Assembly (NCBI GenBank): GCA_022709525.1 | Contig: JAKLIQ010000006.1 | Location: 2,708-66,707, forward strand | Length of the DNA: 64,000 nt | Source of the DNA: Candidatus Omnitrophota bacterium | GTDB taxonomy: Bacteria; Omnitrophota; Omnitrophia; Omnitrophales; Aquincolibacteriaceae | Direction: 5' to 3' | Shown here: positions 31,350 to 45,000 of the stretch, one piece after another | Layout: the number at the start of each line of letters is the position of its first letter | Numbering within the stretch: the first letter of the stretch is position 1 | Made by a program: the position numbers and the translations under genes | Notes under the pieces: model-generated | What the model was told of the DNA's origin: nothing | The model's input: the letters and a program-made list of their open reading frames with translations, nothing else | The model's database searches: none

Positions 31350-32405
31350 ATGAATAAAAAACAGATCGTTATTTTAGCGATGATCCTTGGTGTTCTCGCG
31401 CTTGGAACGCTTCTCAAGTTATGGGTCCGTTTCGTGGAAGAAAGAGCGATCTCGGCTCAAAAGACCGGAACTGCGATCATGAAATTCGATCCCGCCAAGG
31501 CGGAGCGTATTTTGATAGACCGTCCCGGAAAACAGACGGAGCAGAAGGCGCAATCTTCTCCGGTAGAATTGACCAAGGAAAACAATGTCTGGAAAGTCAG
31601 AAGCCTTTGGGGTGTTGAAGCGGATCCCGCCAAAGCGGAAACCTTGATCCGGACGCTGGGCGCGCTTTCAGGCGAAGTCCGGGGAACAGGCAAGAAACTT
31701 TTTCCGGATTTCGGGATCCGGGAGGACGATGCCATCTCCATCAAGGTTTTTGACGCAGAGAACCGCCCGCTTTCGGATCTTTGGCTCGGGACAAAACAAG
31801 CCGGTAACGGTTATTTTGTCCGTAAGGCCGCCGGTGAAGAAATTTATTTTGTAGAATCCGATATGCCGGGCCTGCTGGCGATCTACACGGGCTTGGCGGA
31901 GGCGGCCCCTTTAAGCGAGAACTGGGCGGACCTCACACTGTTTAACCTTGATCCGGCCAAAGTCGTCAAGATCACGGCCTCCCAGATCAAAGGCGACGAA
32001 AAGACCCTGGTTCTTGGTTTGATCCTGGAAGCCGATCCGAACGATCCTGGTAAGAAGATCTGGAAATTCATGCGTAAGGATATGAAATTCTCTCCTGATC
32101 CCGAAAAAATCGCCGGGTTTTTCGCCGTTTTAAAGGGAATCAAAGCTCAAAAAGTTATGGATCCCGCCGGGAAAGAATATGGCGTTGAAAATCCCGTGTG
32201 GCAGCTTGCGGTAACGGCAGAAGACGGGAAAACAATCCTTAACGCGAGCGCGAAGGATGCGAAAGAAGAGCTCTGTTATGTCAAACTTTCAAACAAGGTC
32301 ACGGTTTTCGGCTTGGCGGCGCATGATTTTGACGATCTGAATGTGGATGATACGCATTTTGTAAAAGAAGCCGTTTCGAAAAACGCGGAAGGGAACCGCG
32401 CGTGA
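31350..32405 (+). CDS. DUF4340-like protein commonly found next to GldG-type ABC genes. N-terminal TM anchor.
   Basis: [25 protein letters not shown] anchor. The operon context is GldA/F/G-like. Confidence 0.45.
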   Translation: MNKKQIVILAMILGVLALGTLLKLWVRFVEERAISAQKTGTAIMKFDPAKAERILIDRPGKQTEQKAQSSPVELTKENNVWKVRSLWGVEADPAKAETLIRTLGALSGEVRGTGKKLFPDFGIREDDAISIKVFDAENRPLSDLWLGTKQAGNGYFVRKAAGEEIYFVESDMPGLLAIYTGLAEAAPLSENWADLTLFNLDPAKVVKITASQIKGDEKTLVLGLILEADPNDPGKKIWKFMRKDMKFSPDPEKIAGFFAVLKGIKAQKVMDPAGKEYGVENPVWQLAVTAEDGKTILNASAKDAKEELCYVKLSNKVTVFGLAAHDFDDLNVDDTHFVKEAVSKNAEGNRA

Positions 32406-33196
32406 AGACCTATCTGGACCTTTTGCGGCACATTCTGGACCACGGAACCGAAAAAAAGGACCGTACCGGGACCGGCACGATCAGCACTTTCGGTTATCAG
32501 ATGCGTTTCGATCTCGCTCAAGGGTTTCCGCTCCTGACCACCAAAAAGATCTACACCAAAGCCGTGATCTACGAACTCCTCTGGCTCCTGAAAGGGGATA
32601 CGAACATCAAATTCCTCAAAGATAACGGCGTGACGATCTGGGATGAATGGGCGGATGTCAAAGGCGACCTCGGCCCGGTCTACGGGGCCCAGTGGCGCGC
32701 GTGGAAAAGGCCGGATGGGACTACCGTCGATCAGATCGCGCAAGCGGTGGAAATGATTCGGAAAAACCCGGAAAGCCGGCGGATCATCGTAAGCGCCTGG
32801 AACGTCGGGGAGATCGAAAAAATGGCGCTTCCGCCCTGCCACGCGTTTTTCCAGTTCTATGTTCTTGACGGAAAACTTTCCTGCCAGCTTTACCAGCGAA
32901 GCGCCGATGTTTTTCTAGGCGTACCGTTCAATATCGCCTCCTACGCTTTACTAACCTTGATGATGGCGCAAATCACGGGGCTGAAACCCGGCGAATTCAT
33001 CCACACGTTCGGCGATGTGCATATTTATGTCAATCACGTCGAACAGGTCAAACTGCAGCTTTCCCGGACGCCGCGGCCGCTGCCTCAAATGAAACTTAAT
33101 CCGGCCGTCAAAAACATCTTTGATTTCAAATATGAGGATTTTACCCTCGAAAATTACGACCCTCATCCGGCCATTAAAGCGCCCGTAGCGGTCTAA
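32402..33196 (+). CDS. thyA: Thymidylate synthase.
   Basis: IWDEWAD...GPVYGAQWR...[13 protein letters not shown]...[21 protein letters not shown]. Confidence 0.95.
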   Translation: MKTYLDLLRHILDHGTEKKDRTGTGTISTFGYQMRFDLAQGFPLLTTKKIYTKAVIYELLWLLKGDTNIKFLKDNGVTIWDEWADVKGDLGPVYGAQWRAWKRPDGTTVDQIAQAVEMIRKNPESRRIIVSAWNVGEIEKMALPPCHAFFQFYVLDGKLSCQLYQRSADVFLGVPFNIASYALLTLMMAQITGLKPGEFIHTFGDVHIYVNHVEQVKLQLSRTPRPLPQMKLNPAVKNIFDFKYEDFTLENYDPHPAIKAPVAV

Positions 33197-33208
33197 AAAG
33201 GAGAGAAC

Positions 33209-33709
33209 ATGCTTTATCACATTGTCGCTGTCGCGAATAACCGCGTGATCGGAAAAGCGAACCAGCTTCCGTGGCATTTTTCAAAGGACCTTCAGCACTT
33301 CAAGAAAACAACGACGGGCCAGACCGTGATCATGGGCCTGAAGACCTTCGAAAGCCTTGGCTGTAAACCGCTGCCCGGGCGCGAAAATATCATTCTCGAT
33401 CGCAGCGGGCAAAAGCCTTACCCGGGGCAGACGTTTTTCTCTTCGCTGGATGATGCTTTGAAGCATGTGAAGACCGAGCACGCTTTTATCATCGGAGGGG
33501 CCGAACTTTACAGGACTTCGATCGATCGCGTTGACGGTCTTTACATCACCCGCATTCACGCCGATTTTGACGGCGACGTGTTTTATCCCGAGATCCCGCC
33601 CGCTTTCAAAGAAATGTCACGATTCAAACTTCAGGACGATCCCGCGCTCGAAGTGATCTATTACGAAAAAGCTACAGTCCACAGTCATCGGACCACAGAC
33701 CACGGCTAA
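33209..33709 (+). CDS. folA: Dihydrofolate reductase.
   Basis: MLYHIVAVANNRVIGKANQLPWHFSKDLQHFKKTTTGQTVIMGLKTFESLG. Confidence 0.9.
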   Translation: MLYHIVAVANNRVIGKANQLPWHFSKDLQHFKKTTTGQTVIMGLKTFESLGCKPLPGRENIILDRSGQKPYPGQTFFSSLDDALKHVKTEHAFIIGGAELYRTSIDRVDGLYITRIHADFDGDVFYPEIPPAFKEMSRFKLQDDPALEVIYYEKATVHSHRTTDHG

Positions 33710-33712
33710 AGC

Positions 33713-34063
33713 ATGTTTAAATTCGAAAATCTGGAAGTTTGGAAAAAAGCTCTATCTTTGACGAAAGATATTCATGATCTAACTCGAAAATTCCCCAGGG
33801 AAGAACTTTTCGTTCTTACAGCTCAGATCAAAAGAGCGGCAGATTCTGTGGGTCTTAATATTGCGGAAGGATCAACAGGACAAAGCAATGCCGAATTTCG
33901 GCTTTTTGTTGGATATGCTATTCGATCCGCGGTGGAAGTTGTCGCATGTCTTTTTATCGGTGAAAAAAGAAATATCATCAAAAAAGAGGATTTCCAACGA
34001 TTATCAGTGGAATCGGAAACCCTCATCAAAATGCTGCAGGCTCTTCGTAAATCATTGAAATAA
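33713..34063 (+). CDS. Four-helix-bundle protein (TIGR02436 / 23S rRNA intervening-sequence protein family).
   Basis: FENLEVWKKALSLTKDIHDLTRKFPREELFVLTAQIKRAADSVGLNIAEGS. Confidence 0.7.
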   Translation: MFKFENLEVWKKALSLTKDIHDLTRKFPREELFVLTAQIKRAADSVGLNIAEGSTGQSNAEFRLFVGYAIRSAVEVVACLFIGEKRNIIKKEDFQRLSVESETLIKMLQALRKSLK

Positions 34064-34067
34064 AACT

Positions 34068-34688
34068 ATGGACTGTCGACCATTAGCTGTGGACCAACTC
34101 TATTTCAAACAGATCCCCGTCGGCTATATGGGGAATTTTGTGTATCTCATCGGGGATAAAAAGAAAAAAGAATGCGCCGTGGTCGATCCCGCCTGGGACG
34201 TGGACGCGGTGTTAAAAAAAGCCACCCAAGACGGCATGACGGTAACGGCGGGGATCCTGACGCATACGCATTTTGATCACGTGAACGGCGTCGAGGACCT
34301 GATTCGCAAGACCGGTGCGAAGATCTACGTCCATGAACTCGAAGCGAAATATCTTAAAAGTATCCAAAAGCATCTTGTCGAGACCCGGGAAGGTTCCAAG
34401 CTTAAGATCGGGGATATCGAGATGACCTTTCTCCATACGCCCGGCCATACCGAAGGCGCGCAATGTATTTTGGTGGGCGACCGGCTCGTGACCGGCGACA
34501 CGCTTTTTGTCGGGGCTTGCGGCCGCTGCGATCTTCCGGGCGGCAGTGAGCAGAAAATAATGCAGAGCTTGAAACGCCTCGCATCCTTGGACGGATCGCT
34601 TAAGGTTTTTCCCGGCCACGCCTATGGCGACGCGGATTCTTCCACGATCGAACACGAAAAGAAAACCAACCCTTTCATGCGATTCTGA
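34068..34688 (+). CDS. MBL-fold metallo-hydrolase (glyoxalase II-like).
   Basis: LTHTHFDHVNG...HTPGHTEGA...D...FPGH. Confidence 0.8.
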   Translation: MDCRPLAVDQLYFKQIPVGYMGNFVYLIGDKKKKECAVVDPAWDVDAVLKKATQDGMTVTAGILTHTHFDHVNGVEDLIRKTGAKIYVHELEAKYLKSIQKHLVETREGSKLKIGDIEMTFLHTPGHTEGAQCILVGDRLVTGDTLFVGACGRCDLPGGSEQKIMQSLKRLASLDGSLKVFPGHAYGDADSSTIEHEKKTNPFMRF

Positions 34689-34693
34689 GGACC

Positions 34694-35188
34694 ATGGACG
34701 CTTTTGATCCCGCCAACAAAGAGGAAGCCGCCGCGCAGCTTTTGCAACAGGCCTATGACCTTCAAATGGCCGGTAAAGTCGACGACGCGATCGCGCTTTA
34801 TCTGAAGTCGATCGCCTCGCAGCCGACCGCCGAGGCGCATACCTGCCTCGGGTGGGCCTATAGTGTCAAAGGCCGGTTCGGGGATGCGATCCGGGAATGC
34901 GAAAAAGCGGTTCGGCTCGATCCCGGTTATGGGAATCCCTATAATGACATCGGCGCTTACTTGATCGAAACAGGCCGGTGGGAGGACGCCATTCCTTGGC
35001 TTGAGAAGGCCGCCGCTGCGGAACGTTATGACGGCCGTTTTTACGCTTGGTACAATTTAGGAAGAGTTTGGGAGCATCAGGGGGACTGGGCGCAGGCGCT
35101 TGACGCCTACCGCCATGCGGCAGAACTTAATCCGGAATATTCTTTGGCCGCAAAGGCCGTCTCAAGAATGCAGTCGATGCTTAACTGA
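34694..35188 (+). CDS. TPR-repeat protein.
   Basis: Repeated AxxxYxxAxxxxP / W..LG TPR-like pattern. Confidence 0.65.
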   Translation: MDAFDPANKEEAAAQLLQQAYDLQMAGKVDDAIALYLKSIASQPTAEAHTCLGWAYSVKGRFGDAIRECEKAVRLDPGYGNPYNDIGAYLIETGRWEDAIPWLEKAAAAERYDGRFYAWYNLGRVWEHQGDWAQALDAYRHAAELNPEYSLAAKAVSRMQSMLN

Positions 35189-35220
35189 ATTGAAGGGACG
35201 AATCCCGAGTCCAAAAAAAT

Positions 35221-35802
35221 TTACCCTTGTAAATTTTTTTCCACGAAATCCCAATTCACCAGATTCCAGAACGTTTCTACGTATTTCGCCCGCGCATTCC
35301 GGTAGTCGATGTAATAAGCGTGTTCCCAGACATCACAGGTCATAAGAGGCGTCTGTCCGTTCGTCAGGGGATTTCCGGCGTTTGAGATCGCTTCCACCCC
35401 GAGCGTTCCGTCACTGTCTTTGACAAGCCAGGCCCAGCCGGAGCCGAAAAGGCCTACCGCCATCGTGGTAAAAAGCGTTTTAAACTCTTCAAAACTTCCG
35501 AACGAAGCATTGATCGCTTCAAGCAGTTTTCCCGAAGGAAGGCCGCCCCCGTTCGACTTAAGACAATTCCAGCAGAACGTGTGGTTCCAAACCTGGGCTG
35601 CGTTGTTGAAAATAGGGCCTTTGGCGGTTTTGATAAGCTCTTCCAGGGTTTTTGAGGCCTCGGGCTTTCCCTCGGTAAGTTTGTTGAGGTTTGTCACGTA
35701 GGCGTTATGGTGTTTGCCGTAGTGGTATTCAAGCGTTTCCTTGCTGATATGCGGCGCCAAAGCGTCCATAGCATAGGGGAGTTCGGGAAGGGTAAAAGGC
35801 AT
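35221..35802 (-). CDS. sodA: Fe/Mn superoxide dismutase.
   Basis: HHxKHH N-terminal motif (HYGKHHNAYV) and DVWEHAYYIDY. Confidence 0.9.
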   Translation of the reverse strand: MPFTLPELPYAMDALAPHISKETLEYHYGKHHNAYVTNLNKLTEGKPEASKTLEELIKTAKGPIFNNAAQVWNHTFCWNCLKSNGGGLPSGKLLEAINASFGSFEEFKTLFTTMAVGLFGSGWAWLVKDSDGTLGVEAISNAGNPLTNGQTPLMTCDVWEHAYYIDYRNARAKYVETFWNLVNWDFVEKNLQG

Positions 35803-36060
35803 AAAAAACCTCCTTTTTCTTAGCGGTTAGCCAGGCTTTTTGGCCACCGCACTAAGGTTAAAAACAAGGCCGTTATTATATCACGCCGGACCATGCCGTA
35901 AAGTTCCAAAATCCTCACAAAATCGACCCTAAAGACTAGAATTTGATGCTATAAAAAGTTATAAATTGAGCGTCTATTTTTTAAATACATTTATAAGAAA
36001 GTTGCTAAGCAGGATATCAGGTGTTACCTTTTAGGAACATTCAACCTGTTGTCCTGTCTG
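35803..36060. promoter_or_regulatory. AT-rich promoter region of giant gene 2. Contains GTGTTACCTTT (36021-36031), shared with the giant gene 1 upstream region.
   Basis: About 35% GC. caggtgttaccttttaggaacattc here against cttgtgttacctttcccatgag at 3162-3183. Confidence 0.4.
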
Positions 36061-39000
36061 ATGTTAAGAAAAGATGGGAAATCAAAAGTGAAGGGGCTAA
36101 GCGCGGTTTCTAAAATGCCAGACCATAACAAGACGACATTCTCTCTTCCGGTAAGGGCTATCGCCATGTTCGTTCTTTTTGCCTTTACGAGCACGACCAT
36201 CGCCTGGTCTGCGCCTTCAGTCGGGACTGAGGTGAAAGAGCTGAGTCGCGAGATAAAGATCAACCAGCTTGCAGAACGAATAACAGTTCCTTCCGAAATC
36301 GGCATCATCAAAGAAATACACACCGCTTCTCCCGCCTCAGCGCTCAGTCCTCAGTTCTCAGGGCTTATTGTTCACCTCGAAGACGCGCACGGGAGCGTGG
36401 AAGCCCAACTCCACCAGGAAGCAATCCTTCGCCACCTTCGAAAAGAGTACGGCCTGGATACGATCTTCGTTGAAGGCGGGCTCGGCGATCTCCGGCCGGA
36501 GCTTTTGAGTTTTCTAGAAGATGAGAAACGGAATAGCGAACTCATCAACAAACTGACCGAAAAAGGATTGGTCGGAGGCGTTGAGCGATTTTTGGCGACG
36601 AAGTCGCCAGACCAGAGACTACAGACCGCAGACCACAGCCTAAAGACAAAAGATTTTAAAGCAATTGCTCCGGTCTCAAGTCTTAAGTCTTCAGTCCGCG
36701 CTTTCGGGGTAGAAAGCGCAGAGCTTTACCGCCGCGAACTTGAACTTTTCCGGGAAGTCTATGCGCACAAAGCCGAAAGCGATCAATTCCTGAACGGGAT
36801 CCGCCGCCAACTTTTAGCGCAAAGCGCTTCCGGTTTTAACAAAGAACTCAAAGCATTCTTCAAGGAATGGCTCTTTCAAGAAGAGGTCCAGAAAGACATT
36901 CTTTCCCATCTTTCCTTCCTTCAGAAATATGCCGTCGAAACACTGAATCTTGATCTGACGGATGCCCGCGAACAGTACGATTGGCCGCAGCTTGTCAGAT
37001 TTTTCAAGTTGAAAAACCTGGAGGGACTCGTTCCTAGGGACTCGGAACTTGCCAGGGATGAAATGCAAAAATTGGCACAATGGCTGAATGATCAAAAGCT
37101 GGATGATCTCAATAAAGAATTGGAATTATTTTTTAACGAGCCCCGAGGAGCGAGCTTCGAGTCCCGCGGCGAAACTTTCAGGACGAGAATGGAAAAATTC
37201 TATGCGAAAGTTTCGCCACGGGGTTTCCGGTTTGAGGACTATCCCGCTCTTACCAAACGGATCGGTTCGATCATCCTAAGCCAGGAGATCCAGACCGGCG
37301 AGCTCCTTCAGGAAATGGAGCGGCTCAACGCGAAGATCCTCGAAGCGCTCGCTAAAACCCAGGAAGAGAAGCGAGGCATTGCGCAATATCAGGAGTATTT
37401 ACTGCTTAAGAAATTGTTTTCGCTTGAATTGACGAGAGAGGAATTTAAACAAATGGGACTCGCTCCTCGCGACTCGCTCCTCGAAAAAACAAGGGGCCAA
37501 GCCGAGTCCCGAATCCCTAGTTCCGAGCCCCCCGCGAGGGAGGTTTATTCCCGCGCGCTTGAGTTTTATGAAATCGCCCAACAGCGCGAAGAAGCTATCT
37601 TCAAGAATATGCTCGCCAAGATGAAAAGCATCAAACAACCGAACGCCGTCCTGATCACCGGCGGTTTCCACTCCGAGGGGCTTTCGGAATTCCTCAAAGC
37701 AAAAGGCGTTTCTTATGTCCGTATCGCGCCCCGCATTTCCGGGAAGATGGACGACGCAAATTATCTCCGGATCATGACTTTGGGACAGTGCGCACCGGCC
37801 GCTCGGTCTTCTGCCCGCTTCGCAACACTCACCAATGATCCTAAAAGTCTCGATGCTGCCACAGTTGAGTTTATTCGCGCGGAGCTTCGTACTTCTATAC
37901 GAGAAATCGCGGACGATGTGATCCCTTCTAATGAGTGGATTATCTCCAAAGACCTCTTGGGACGGCAGTCCGAAGCTATGGTTCCTCGGGACTCGGGACT
38001 CGGGACTGGTTTTAAAAACGAGTCCCTAGGCACAAGCGACAAGTCCCGCGCCGAAGGACGCTCCGAGGCCCGGGAAGAAGAAAAAGATCCGTCCGCTTTG
38101 GAAAAGGAATTTGAAAGATTGTTTCCTTCAAATAAAGAATTAATGCTGGCTCTGTTCGGGGAAATCGTTCTTCAAAATAAGAATATTGAAAAGTTTTTTT
38201 ATCAGCTCATGGCCATTTATGGTCTTGCATCCTGGGATGGCGAACATTATCAATCGACCACCAAAAGGCCCTTGTCTCCGGAGCAGGCTCTTTATTTTGT
38301 TTCTTTGTTGCGCTTGGAGGGAGGAGGATTTTTAGGGGATGAATATGAATTTATTTATAAAACGAAAAAAGGAAAAAGGACCGTCGAAAAAACCGTCGCC
38401 TACACCGATCTCGATCCGGAATACCTGGAATGGGCCGTAAAATACAAGATTCCCATAGAATATTTTCCCCTCACCTATAGCCTCTTTATCGATAAGAAAG
38501 AAGGCCTTCCTCAAACGGGCACCACAAAAATAGCGATCCGAGCCGGGAATCAATTGGGCGAGGAATTGTTTCGCGAGTTTATCGAAAAGCGCGGGCCGCG
38601 CGTTCGCGAACCTCTTGTTAACGCAAAAGGCGTCGATCCCAAAAATCTTCGATGGTTGAAAATTCATCCCGACAGCCATCTAAGCAAGATCGCCGATTCC
38701 CATGGGATCGATCCCAAGGATTTGAAGTTGGGGTTCGAGAAAGAAGGGGATCAACATTCCGTTTACCTTTTTACGGCAAACGAAACTTTTAACGCCGAAG
38801 CGAGTCGGCGGTTTGATGCTTCTCATGTCGCTTCAATTCCGATCGGTTTTGTTTCGATCCGCTATGACGGAAATACCCCTTTTATTTATGGTTATCAGCC
38901 GAGATTCTTTATTCCTTCTCATGGAAAAGAAGACGCGAACGATGTCGTCGGAAGAACTATCAAGGGCGGTATGCTCTTTCTCGAAGCGTTTTTGGAAAAA

Positions 39001-42000
39001 GAAATTTCAAAAATTGTTTCCGCGAAAAAACCAGTTAAAAAACTTCATTTTCCTACCCCTAGCTGGCATTTGGTAAACAGTAAAGTTGCCGGGACAACAG
39101 CTTTTCGATATTACTACGAATTTCCAAAAGAACAGGGATTTCAGCTTGTTCTCGCCACGCCAGAATCCAAGGCCTTTAATATGGGCAAATCTTGGCAACC
39201 TCATTGGCTTCTGGAAAAACATATCGAAAAAAACCGTTCCGAGATGCGCGGAAGCTCGATCTCGGTGAAATGGAGCGAAAAAATCGCCAAACTCAAACAA
39301 ACCCCGGATTATCGGCTGCTTGCCTACCTTTTAAAAAATACGGGCCTTTCGGAGATCGAAAAAAACAGATATATCACTCTTTGGCTCATGATGGCGATCT
39401 CGGCGCCGCTGACCGGCAGCCTGAAATTTGTTTTTGCCGCCGGGGCCGCCTCGCTTGCGGCCGTTTCGCCCTGGTTCGTTATGGCCCCGCCTCTTGTGGT
39501 GTTGCTCTTAAGCCCCCTCTTCCGGCTCGTGTTCTTTGTGGGGCCTTTCTGGGCCGCTTCCGGTTTTAAAATGAAACTCGATTGGCTGATCCCGGCGAAT
39601 TTTGTGCCCGGTTTGGGCGCTTTTATCGCCGTTCCCGCGCAGATCCTCAAATCCTTAAAAGGCGAATACCGGCAATATCAGAACATGTCGGTCAGAAAGC
39701 TCCGGCAGCTTGTCTATCAACTCGACGGCATTCTCTCCGAACACAGAATGAACCTCCCGCAGGAAGACCTGGACGCCATAAGATCCAGACTGCCCATGAT
39801 GGCTTTTAAGGTGCTGGAATTCCAGGCGGCTCATCCCGGGTTTTCTTTAAAAAAGAACGGAAAAGAAAACCCCGAAGCCATCCTCCATCTCGAAAGCGTC
39901 GATCTTTTGCCCGTCCGTCTCGAGAGTTTGATCCGGGAAAAGACGCCCACGATCTTTTTGGGTTCGGGCCAGGAAAGTTTTAATACTCTGCGGCAAAGGA
40001 TCCCGCCAGACCGGTTGCCCGGCCTGGATTTTTATCAATTTGACCTCAGCCAGGAGCCCGGGATCGAGAAAGATTCGATCCAGCCGCTTGCCGCGAGATC
40101 TGAGGCCAGACACAAAGGTTTATTTTCTAACGTAACACCGTTAGATAAGATCGTTGAGAAACACAAACAATGGAACCTCCATAAGGTAGTCGATGTGTTG
40201 GATCGTAAGGCGAGGGAAATAAAGACTTTTTTTTGGTGGGAGCTTTTAGAGCAATGGCGAACCGATGGCGGCTCTTTTTATTTTACCTCTGAAGAGAAAA
40301 ATTTTTCCGAATCATTACGCCGGGCCAGCGATGATCAATTCAAGGAGCAGGTTGAACGTCTTCTCAGGACCTCTTTTGCAAAAAGAGACCTTATTCTTTC
40401 AAGCAAAAAAGACTATCCGACTTTCGATGAACTCATAAACAGCTTTGAAACCGGATTTTTGTCATTTTATTCCAACCTTTTCGGTGTTTTAGCGGATGAA
40501 GCCGTAAGCGGAAGACTTCCTGCGGCGGAAAAGAATTGGAAAGTTTTGATGCCCGAGCTCATTCGTCGTTGGAATGAGAACGATTCAGCCCGCTCGGAAA
40601 TGAGAAATGATATCGAAAAAAATATTGAAAAGATCCTTGAACAGGCGGATGTCCGGATCCGTTCCGGCGATGAGGTAGAGTCAGAGCCGGGAGTTTACGC
40701 GGCAACGCCCCCAGTTTATTTGACCGCTATTGAAAAAGTGCTCCAAATAGATCCTCGCAAAGAATTAATCTTGATCGAAGCAGGACACGCACAGGGACTT
40801 CTCGCCCTAAGACTTGCCATGAAACATCCTAATCTTCGAATCATCGGCATCGAAGGACGCCCCAGTCTTTACGAGGACAGCAAAAAGATCCTTGAGGCCG
40901 CTATAGAGCTTCGCTTTTTAAGACCGGAACAGGTCCATTTTTATGAAGGTGATTTGAATGATGAAGAATTCAGCAAAGACTATGAAGCCGCGGATATCGT
41001 CTATTACTACAACTATGGCGCGGACGATGAGACAAAATTCGCTCTTACCCTGGCGGATCATTTGAAATATGGTGCGCGCGTTGTTGTTTTTGACGGTTTT
41101 TTAGATGGCGGGGAGGCCGATCATTTTAGCCAGGCCTTGCGGGAGACCGAAGTTTTTGAAGGAACGATTGTTCAGGGGGTCCGTAGCATACCTGTTTTCA
41201 AAAAAACGCTGGACACTCAAGATGTCTCTTTAGAAGGGAATCGCTCCGAGGTCCGGAACGAGGCGGCGACCTCAAGGGCTCTTCCCGGCGCCTCGAAACG
41301 CTTTGCGTACGCCGAAGAAGTGGCCCGCGTGGTCGGTCTTTTAGGAGAGCTCCGGCAGCTGGATAATACCCGCGTTCTAGCTCAAACCGAAAACGGGGTC
41401 GGCGAAGAAAACTGGAGCCGGTGGATCCAACACCATATGGCGGGAAAATTGCACGTTTTCTTCGGCTATTGGAATTCTTTCAATGAATCGGGGGACATCG
41501 AGGATCTTGAGACCGCGGAAAAAGGGTTGCAAGAGGCGGAAAATATTTTTGAGAGCCGAAAATCGTTCAAAGAGGCCCTTCAAAACGATTTTGATCATTT
41601 TCACCTGAATCCTCCTTTGGAAAAGGTCAGGAGCGGAAAACCGCTGTTTCCCCTCGAACTTGTCCATTATTTCCTTCACAAAGTTTTTGTCGAAAACCCC
41701 AATGCGCAAAAAAACCGCGAGGTTTATGCCCGCGTCATCCAGGATCTTGAAGAGGCCTTTTATGAGATGCGGGAGGCTTTTGAGAGGGTCAAGACCGAAA
41801 AATATTTTAAAACGGCGGAAGAACTGGAAAAAAATCCGCCGGCCAATGTTTCTTCTCAAAAAGCTTCTTCAGAGGTTCTGCGTCATTTTCGCGTCTATGA
41901 CGGTATGGATGGGAAACTTTACGCGGATCCGCGCGTCTGGTACCGCGAGAATTTTTCGGGCTTCGACCACTTCGCTGCCATTGGGCCCGGGGAAATTGTT

Positions 42001-45000
42001 TTTCTCACCCTCGATGAAGGAGCGACCGGCGCCGTGGCTTCGCTGGGTCATCACGAGTGTCTCTCGTTGGCGATCCGCGCGCGGGCCGGGAACAAGAACG
42101 TGATCGGCCTCGCCCATGTCTTTTATGACATCATGGCCGGAAACTCCCAGGATTCTTACGTCAAGTACCTCAAGATCCTCGATCATCTCCACGCTCAAAA
42201 AGAGTGGTCGGATATCCAGATCATACTGACCGAAAATAACGTTTTTCACGGTTTTCCGAAAGGTATGAATCTGGATGTTCTCAAGCGGGAAGCCGCCGAC
42301 CGCGGCATCCAGGTTTCTTCCGCCGAGGTCTGGAAATTCGGAACGGATGCCTGGGTGGACATCATTGCCACACCCCAAGAGGTTTTTCTTCGGAAAAGGG
42401 AAGGAACGGCTCCTTTCCGTTATGAACCAAAAGATTGGGGCGCGCCAATTCGGACGGACCCGGGCGATCCTCGCACGGTTTCGTTCATGCCTTCCACGCT
42501 CGTCAGTGAGGATGGAGAGGAATTTGAGGTGTCCTACGAGGACGGATCTGTCGACGGTCAAAGAACGATCAAGCTTTTATACGATGGTCAACCGGTCGCG
42601 ACCGTTGATTTCAGGATCGATCCCAAACAGAATGCGGCCATTCTGGATTACAACAATGATGGTCCCAAGCGCTATGTTGGGATCGAAGTAAATCAGTTTT
42701 TTAGCGAACGTTATTCGGGCATTGGTACTGCGCTCATGGGGCTGGCATTCCGCGTAGCGCGCGATGAAGGTATTCCGGAATTTTATGTTCTACATTCCAA
42801 GGCGGATGGTTTTTATGAAAAGCTTGGCATGATTAAGATTCGCGACGGCGTTTTTCGCTTTCCCTTGGAAGATTCTGAAAGGGAGAAACAACGCCTTTCC
42901 TTTCCTCCGCTTCGCATTCGCTCCAACCCCCGCTCCGAATTAAGAAAGAAAAAAGAGGAAGATCCGAATCAATTAAAACTGTTTGAAGCGTCCGAAACAA
43001 AAGAGCTCGATCCCGAAAATGCCCTCATGAGGCAACTGGGCTATGCCTGGGAGCAGATGAAGCAGGCCATTCAAAGCCCCGAAGAACTTGAAAAAGCTCT
43101 CTATGAAAAGATCCCAGCCGTTAAGAAGGCGGTTGAATTCCTCGGGTTCCAGGTCGTCGAAGAGAACAGGAAGCTTTTTGTCACAGATCCCGTTTTCAAA
43201 CGGAAGATCCAATTCCGCGCTTATCAGGTGCTTCTGGCCGCTCATGCCGCGCGGGGCGATGCGATGGTGATCTTGCCGACCGGTCTGGGGAAAACGATCG
43301 TCGCCGTGCTTGTCGTGGGTTATCTGCTGAAACAAGCCCCTCAGAAAAAGATCCTGATCACGGCGAATTCCAACCTGCTCGTTGAACAGCATGCCGACAC
43401 CTTTGATCAATATTTTGAGTCCGACATTATTGCCAAAATAGGCGAGAGCGATAACGAAGAAGGCCGACGAAGCTTGTGGCGAAGAGCGCGCATCGTGATC
43501 GCCACCAACGACCTTGTAGTTGCCGACCCCGGCGTCTTTTTGATCGACGATATAGGTTATTTGATCGTTGATGAAGCGCACAGGGTTGGTGCGGCTCCCG
43601 ACGACCGTTACGCCGGTACCCGGCTCGTTCAGGCTTATCGCGAAAAAAATCCCGATGGCAAATTGCTCGGCTTGACCGCTTCTCCGCGCCCCAAAAAGGA
43701 ACTGAAGGGGTGGCAGCAAAATCTCCGGCTCAGCGATACGGATTTTTTTGCGGCTTCGGAAGAAGACTCGTGGATCTATCCTTATGTGATCAAGCGCAAC
43801 GCCGAGATTGCTCGAGCCGAACGGGACGCCAAATTCCCCCTTCTTTTCATGATCCTCAGATTCCTGGAAGATGTTTTTAAGGTAGTCAGGACAACAGATA
43901 TTCGGGCCGATTTCGAAGATGCCCGTCAGAAAGTCCTGAATGCATGGCTCGAAGAGAATGACGAAAAGATCCAGAAGGTCTTTGACGGATTTTTGCAGGA
44001 TACCGCTCGTCAAGCGGCTGCAAGCAGCCAGCGCGTGTTAATGCAGGAACAGTACGGGCCGGTCTTGGAGCTTATCCGTAAAGTCCGCACAGAACTCGTT
44101 CCTCAGATGTTCGATTTAAAAGCCTCGAAAGCGGTCCGTATCGCGGAATGGGCCGCTCTTTTTGAAAAACCCGTTTTTTCCGACCCAAAATTTTTAGAAC
44201 TATCTGTCGCCGTTCGAACCTCTTTTGAGACGGAGCTTTTCAGAAAAGCAGCTCAAGACCTCGAAACGCTCATCGACAGGCAAAAATACAGGATCTATGA
44301 GCTTTGGCAGCAAAACCTTCAAAAATCCCTTTTGAATGTCAAAGGCGATATGTCCCGGCTGTCTCATGAAAAGATCGAAAGGCTCTGGGAAAAGACCTCC
44401 GAGGAATTCCGCGACAATCCCGACGATTTTGGAGTGGCTTATAAAGCGGCTGTGGAAGCAAAAAACTGGAAGGAAAAAGACAGGCTGGATGTCCTCGTAA
44501 CGCTCAACCAACTTTGGCATCTAAGGGGCGATTGGATCAAATACGGCCCCGAAAAATTCACAGGAACGATCCAGACAAAAGATTTGGAAGCGAAAGCCAG
44601 CTGGAAAAAAAGGACCCGGCCTGCGCTTGAAAGAACGAGCGTCCTTGACGCGGCAAGCTGGTTTCAAAAGAGCCGCGAAATCTTCCCCAAAGAAAAAATA
44701 CTTTTAGACCTGCTTCGACCCGTCCAGGGAAAACCTCACGACAGGACCGCGATCTTTGTTGATGATAAAAAAATGGCGCGGCGTCTCGTAGAGCTGATCA
44801 AAAAAGAATTTCCGGACCTTCGGGTCGCCATGCTCGTAGGACGCGGCATGGGGGGATCCGACGAAGGAATGACCCCCCGCGAACAAGAACGGGTCAGGGA
44901 TGATTTTAATAAAGGGAAATTGGATATTCTGGTGGGAACCGATGTCATGGCGGAAGGCCTGAACCTCCAGGGCCTTCGCCGCGTTATTGAATATACGCCC

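Larger units (their letters stand above)
36330..37760 (+). other. Giant 2 N-terminal TraB/GumN/Tiki-like domain with in-frame GGGACTCG arms and elements.
   Basis: LIVHLEDAHGSVEAQ (36364-36408), IFVEGGLGDL, AVLITGGFHSEGL (37649-37687), VSYVRIAP. Confidence 0.45.
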